In this document: one piece after another, positions 35,616 to 39,129 of the stretch | Numbering within the stretch: position 1 is the first letter of the stretch | Layout: every line of letters starts with the position of its first letter | From: Octopus bimaculoides | Lineage: Eukaryota | Length of the DNA: 39,129 nucleotides | Reading direction: 5' to 3' | NCBI RefSeq assembly: GCF_001194135.2 | Contig: NC_069001.1 | Location: 12,812,512 to 12,851,640, forward strand | Notes under the pieces: generated by a model | Seen by the model: the letters and a program-made list of their open reading frames with translations, nothing else | Databases searched by the model: none | What the model was told of the DNA's origin: nothing | Position numbers and translations under genes: made by a program

Positions 35616-36110
35616 ACATACGTATGGCCGTAGCTCTGAGCTAGGTGGTTGCATGCGTATACATACGCACATTATGTACGTATGTATGTATGTATGTATG
35701 TATGTATGTATATAAACGTAAATAGCGATTGCAATACGGAGTAACTAACGCTTTGAAGGAATAAATGTATTACACTGTTAATGTTGGATGTTCTTTTTCC
35801 TGTTTCTTTCAAGCTCGTATATTCATACACACACATGCATACACGCGTTCATACAAAAACGCATATCTACCTACATTATATATATGGCCGCAGCCTGAAG
35901 GCTAGAACATATGAAAGAATGAAATATATATATCATCAAAGAATGTATATATGCATTTTAATACTCAGACTGTTTTTTAACATTTTTTATTATTCTCAAA
36001 GACTTTTGATAATCTTTTTCTAAAAAAGTGAAACCGGTTAAGTAAATAAATATTCTTAAAAAATAAGTGCATTTTCAAACCTTCTTTCATATATANNNNN
36101 NNNNNNNNNN

Positions 36111-36174
<64 letters not shown>

Positions 36175-36353
36175 TTAAAATATATATAATCCACACACAC
36201 ATATATAGATAGATTTTTAAAATATATATGTACATATGTGTGGTGTGTGTATCTGTGTGTGTATCCATATACATATATGCACAGGTATATATGTATATGT
36301 ATATATGCACGTATGCACATACATGTATGCATACGTACGCATGTACTGATATA

Positions 36354-36401
<48 letters not shown>

Positions 36402-36580
36402 CACACACACACACACATACATTTGTAGTCATATATACCGATACGCATACATTCATACATATATGTATACACGTACGCATATATATATATGCATATATAC
36501 ATACGTTCATACATGCGTGCATACATACATACATGCATATATACATGCATACATAAATTCATACATACATACATATTGTA
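36111..36580. repeat. (AC)n/(TG)n/(ATAC)n microsatellite field
   Basis: Directly visible. Confidence 0.92.
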
Positions 36581-37550
36581 TTAAGCCTGATAATTAGATC
36601 ATTTTGCCGGAAATGTCCATGGGAGTTTAATGATGGAAATTTCTCATGTATTGTTCTTACTTCTTATCGATTTTTGCATTGGAAATTTCTAAGGAATATA
36701 CTAGTTACAATCCACTTCTTATTTTGTAACGTTTACCATTGTTTTGCCAAATCTAATGTAATTTCCTAACGGACGGTTGCCACATCTAACTAAAAATGAT
36801 TTAGGCTCGTTTCGGAGTTGATTAAAAGTCAAGTGATCTGGTTTCACCCAGATGCGTTCAAATATTCGGATAGAACATACTGCATAAAATTATCCAAATA
36901 CAGAGTCTTCGGGGACTGAGTAATTTTAACAAAAACACATAATTTTCAGTAAATGTTAATCGAGAAAATCGAAATAGGAATTTCTAGCAGAGGACGAATT
37001 CGACAAATAAAAAATCTGCGAACTGAAATTTTACTCAAATATTATAAGTAATTATAATGGATTTTATGGGATTCAAACTTAGATGAGGTGAATCTACGGA
37101 TTACAGGAGTAGAAAGGCTAGGAACCCCCATGAAATCCCTGATCTGTAGACTACACCCAATCGAAAGGCCCCCTTGTATGGTATAAAGAATTAATCCACA
37201 GGTTAGCCGTAAGATCAGGAATGTAGCCTATAGCATATGGTGTACTGAGTGATGGTGCAAAAACAAGACAACGATGTATAATGGGGAGACAGCGCATAGC
37301 ATAGGAGAGTGGATAGGTGACAACTGGTAGGAATTCAAGGAGGAAAACAACTCGTCAATGGTCTACTACCTGCAATCAGTATAATACATTAATTCATATA
37401 CACACACACACACACATAAGATACACTTACTTAGGACAGAATGAGAAAAATAAATAAGTAAATAAATAAATAAAATAATAGCTAAATATAAGACATGGGT
37501 ACAAAAAGTATAGTAAACATACCCATATATATATATATAAATATATATAT

Positions 37551-37710
37551 AGGCGCGGGAGTGGGAAGCTTGCTTCCCAGTCACATGGTTCCGGGTTCTA
37601 TCCCACTGCGTGGCACCTTAGGAAAGTATCTTCTACTGTAGCATCGGGCCGACCAAAGCCATTTGAGTGGATTCGGTTGACGGAAACTAGAAGAAGCCCG
37701 TCGTATATAT

Positions 37711-37799
<89 letters not shown>

Positions 37800-37946
37800 T
37801 GTATAATGTATTTGTGTGTCTATGTTTGTCTCCTAACGTCGTATGACAACCGATGCTTGTGCGTTTACGTCCACGTAACTTAGCGGCTCGGAAAACAGAC
37901 CGATAGAATAAGTACTAGGCTTACAAATAATATGTCCTGGAGTCGA
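37551..37946 (+). mobile_element. Family-B tRNA-derived, CORE-like SINE with an internal expanded (AT)n microsatellite; 3' end replaced by an inversion
   Basis: GGTTCCGGGTTCTATCCC B-box; GGCACCTTAGGAAAGTATCTTCTACT CORE-like block; GAAGCCCGTCG followed by (TA)n; 3' part homologous to 9003-9170. Confidence 0.88.
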
Positions 37947-37951
37947 GCAAA

Positions 37952-38126
37952 TCGACCCCAGGACTTATTCTTTGTAAGCCTAGTACTGGTACTAATTTTA
38001 CTGCCCCCGAAAGGGATGAAATGCACTGTGGGTCTCAGGGGAATTTGATCTCAGGATGTAAAAGACAGCCCAAATACCGCGCAGCATTTTGCTCGGCGTG
38101 CTAGCGATTCTGCCATCTCGCTGCCT
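37952..38126 (-). mobile_element. Chimeric SINE: family-A head and body joined to a family-B 3' segment
   Basis: Minus strand reads GGCAGCGAGATGGCAGAATCGCTAGCACGCCG...CTTTCGGGGGCAGTAAAATTAGTACC, then AGTACTAGGCTTACAAAGAATAAGTCCTGGGGTCGA. Confidence 0.8.
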
Positions 38127-38651
38127 CATAAATATTTAAATATCAACCATAGAGTGGAACGACAGATACTCTCACGCTATATCATTAGATCGTTTATTTT
38201 ATATCTGATGAAAATCCTCCTCTATATTCGCCCACATTTACTAACGCAATCCTCTGCTTTTTAGAGAATCGAGGAATACATATATGAGTGCGTGTGTATG
38301 CGTACGTATGTGTGTGTGTGCGCGCGCATATGCGTGTGCGTGCATATATGTGTATATGTGTGTGTTAAGTTAACCGTTATTATTAGATAAATTTATCGAT
38401 AATATCCATGGGAATTTATATAATGGAATTTTCACAGATAATTTTTCGTTCTAATTTTTTTAATCGATTTTTCCACCGGAAACAAATAAGGAATTTAGTA
38501 GTTCCAGTCCAGTTAATATTATGTAAAATTTACTATTGTTTTCCAGTTGCAATCTACTGTGTCTTATAATAATACCACTACCTCCTCCCAGAATTTTATA
38601 TCTATCTATCTCTTATTTCTATTTTATTTCATTACTTTTGTTCTTATCGGT

Positions 38652-38790
38652 TTATAAATATTCGGTCAGATTTTTTTTTAAATCAGTAATACACGTTTTA
38701 ACATAGGAGTTCAAATCGTGAAAGACTCGGAGATCTTTCTCAAACACTGCACGAGAATATCCAAAGACCAAGTCTTCAGTAGCATTGAGG
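38652..38790 (-). CDS. Candidate terminal coding exon: LNATEDLVFGYSRAVFEKDLRVFHDLNSYVKTCITDLKKNLTEYL*; possibly a sulfotransferase-fold C-terminal helix
   Basis: Acceptor TTATACTTAATTATTACACAG|, 45 open codons of non-repetitive, helix-like composition, TAA stop, AATAAA about 25 nt downstream. The motif LNxxExxVFxYSxxVF recalls Golgi sulfotransferase (D/E)xx(L/F)YxY/FxxxxF. Confidence 0.45.
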
Positions 38791-39090
38791 CTGTGTAATA
38801 ATTAAGTATAATTCTTGTGTCGTATGATCACAGAATGTTGCCAAGATAATATCTATATCATTTGATTCACAGCGAACTGCTAAATACACAAATATGTATA
38901 ACTATATGTGCATATATATCATTTAATACGTACGTTTCAGATCAGTGTAATATATAATAGGAAATACATTCATTACGTAAGACCTTTCTCAGTTAAAAAA
39001 TTAAGGTGCAACTAGCCGCTCCAGACCCCACTTATGCCGATAATCTAACAACACTTTGGAGTAGTTTGTGAAATTCTGGTGCCCTGCACA

Positions 39091-39129
<39 letters not shown>

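Noticed and set aside
1-39129. CRISPR array, operon or other prokaryotic/viral system
   Set aside because: No regularly interspaced repeats and no long intact ORFs; the content is typical of a repeat-rich animal genome.

Overview
This is eukaryotic, very AT-rich, microsatellite-saturated DNA with 11 assembly gaps (N runs at about 2080-2152, 7149-7437, 8450-8998, 9733-9742, 15124-15909, 16835-17395, 20490-20589, 25503-26112, 32126-32260, 33245-33774 and 36096-36110). The repeat complement and the expanded GC-rich 18S V7 segment point to a coleoid cephalopod, most likely Octopus (inference). Almost all ORFs in the supplied track are translations of simple repeats or gaps. Supported content: (1) an isolated, diverged 3' fragment of 18S rDNA; (2) five decayed mariner (Tc1/mariner) relics; (3) four fragments of R4/Dong-type non-LTR elements encoding the restriction-like endonuclease (RLE) domain, three of them packed into 1.3 kb; (4) a probable L1/Tx1 reverse-transcriptase relic; (5) many copies of three tRNA-derived SINE families; (6) an intact 554-bp MITE with 39-bp TIRs and a perfect 8-bp target-site duplication; (7) several local duplications and fold-back hairpins; (8) a few isolated candidate exons, the best on the minus strand at 5725-5834 and 38652-38790. 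I see no intact multi-gene system and no convincing novel biological system. The best leads are the MITE, the 18S orphon, the RLE-LINE/microsatellite association, two hairpins and the candidate exons. All translations and alignments were done by eye. Family names come from motif recognition, not from database searches.
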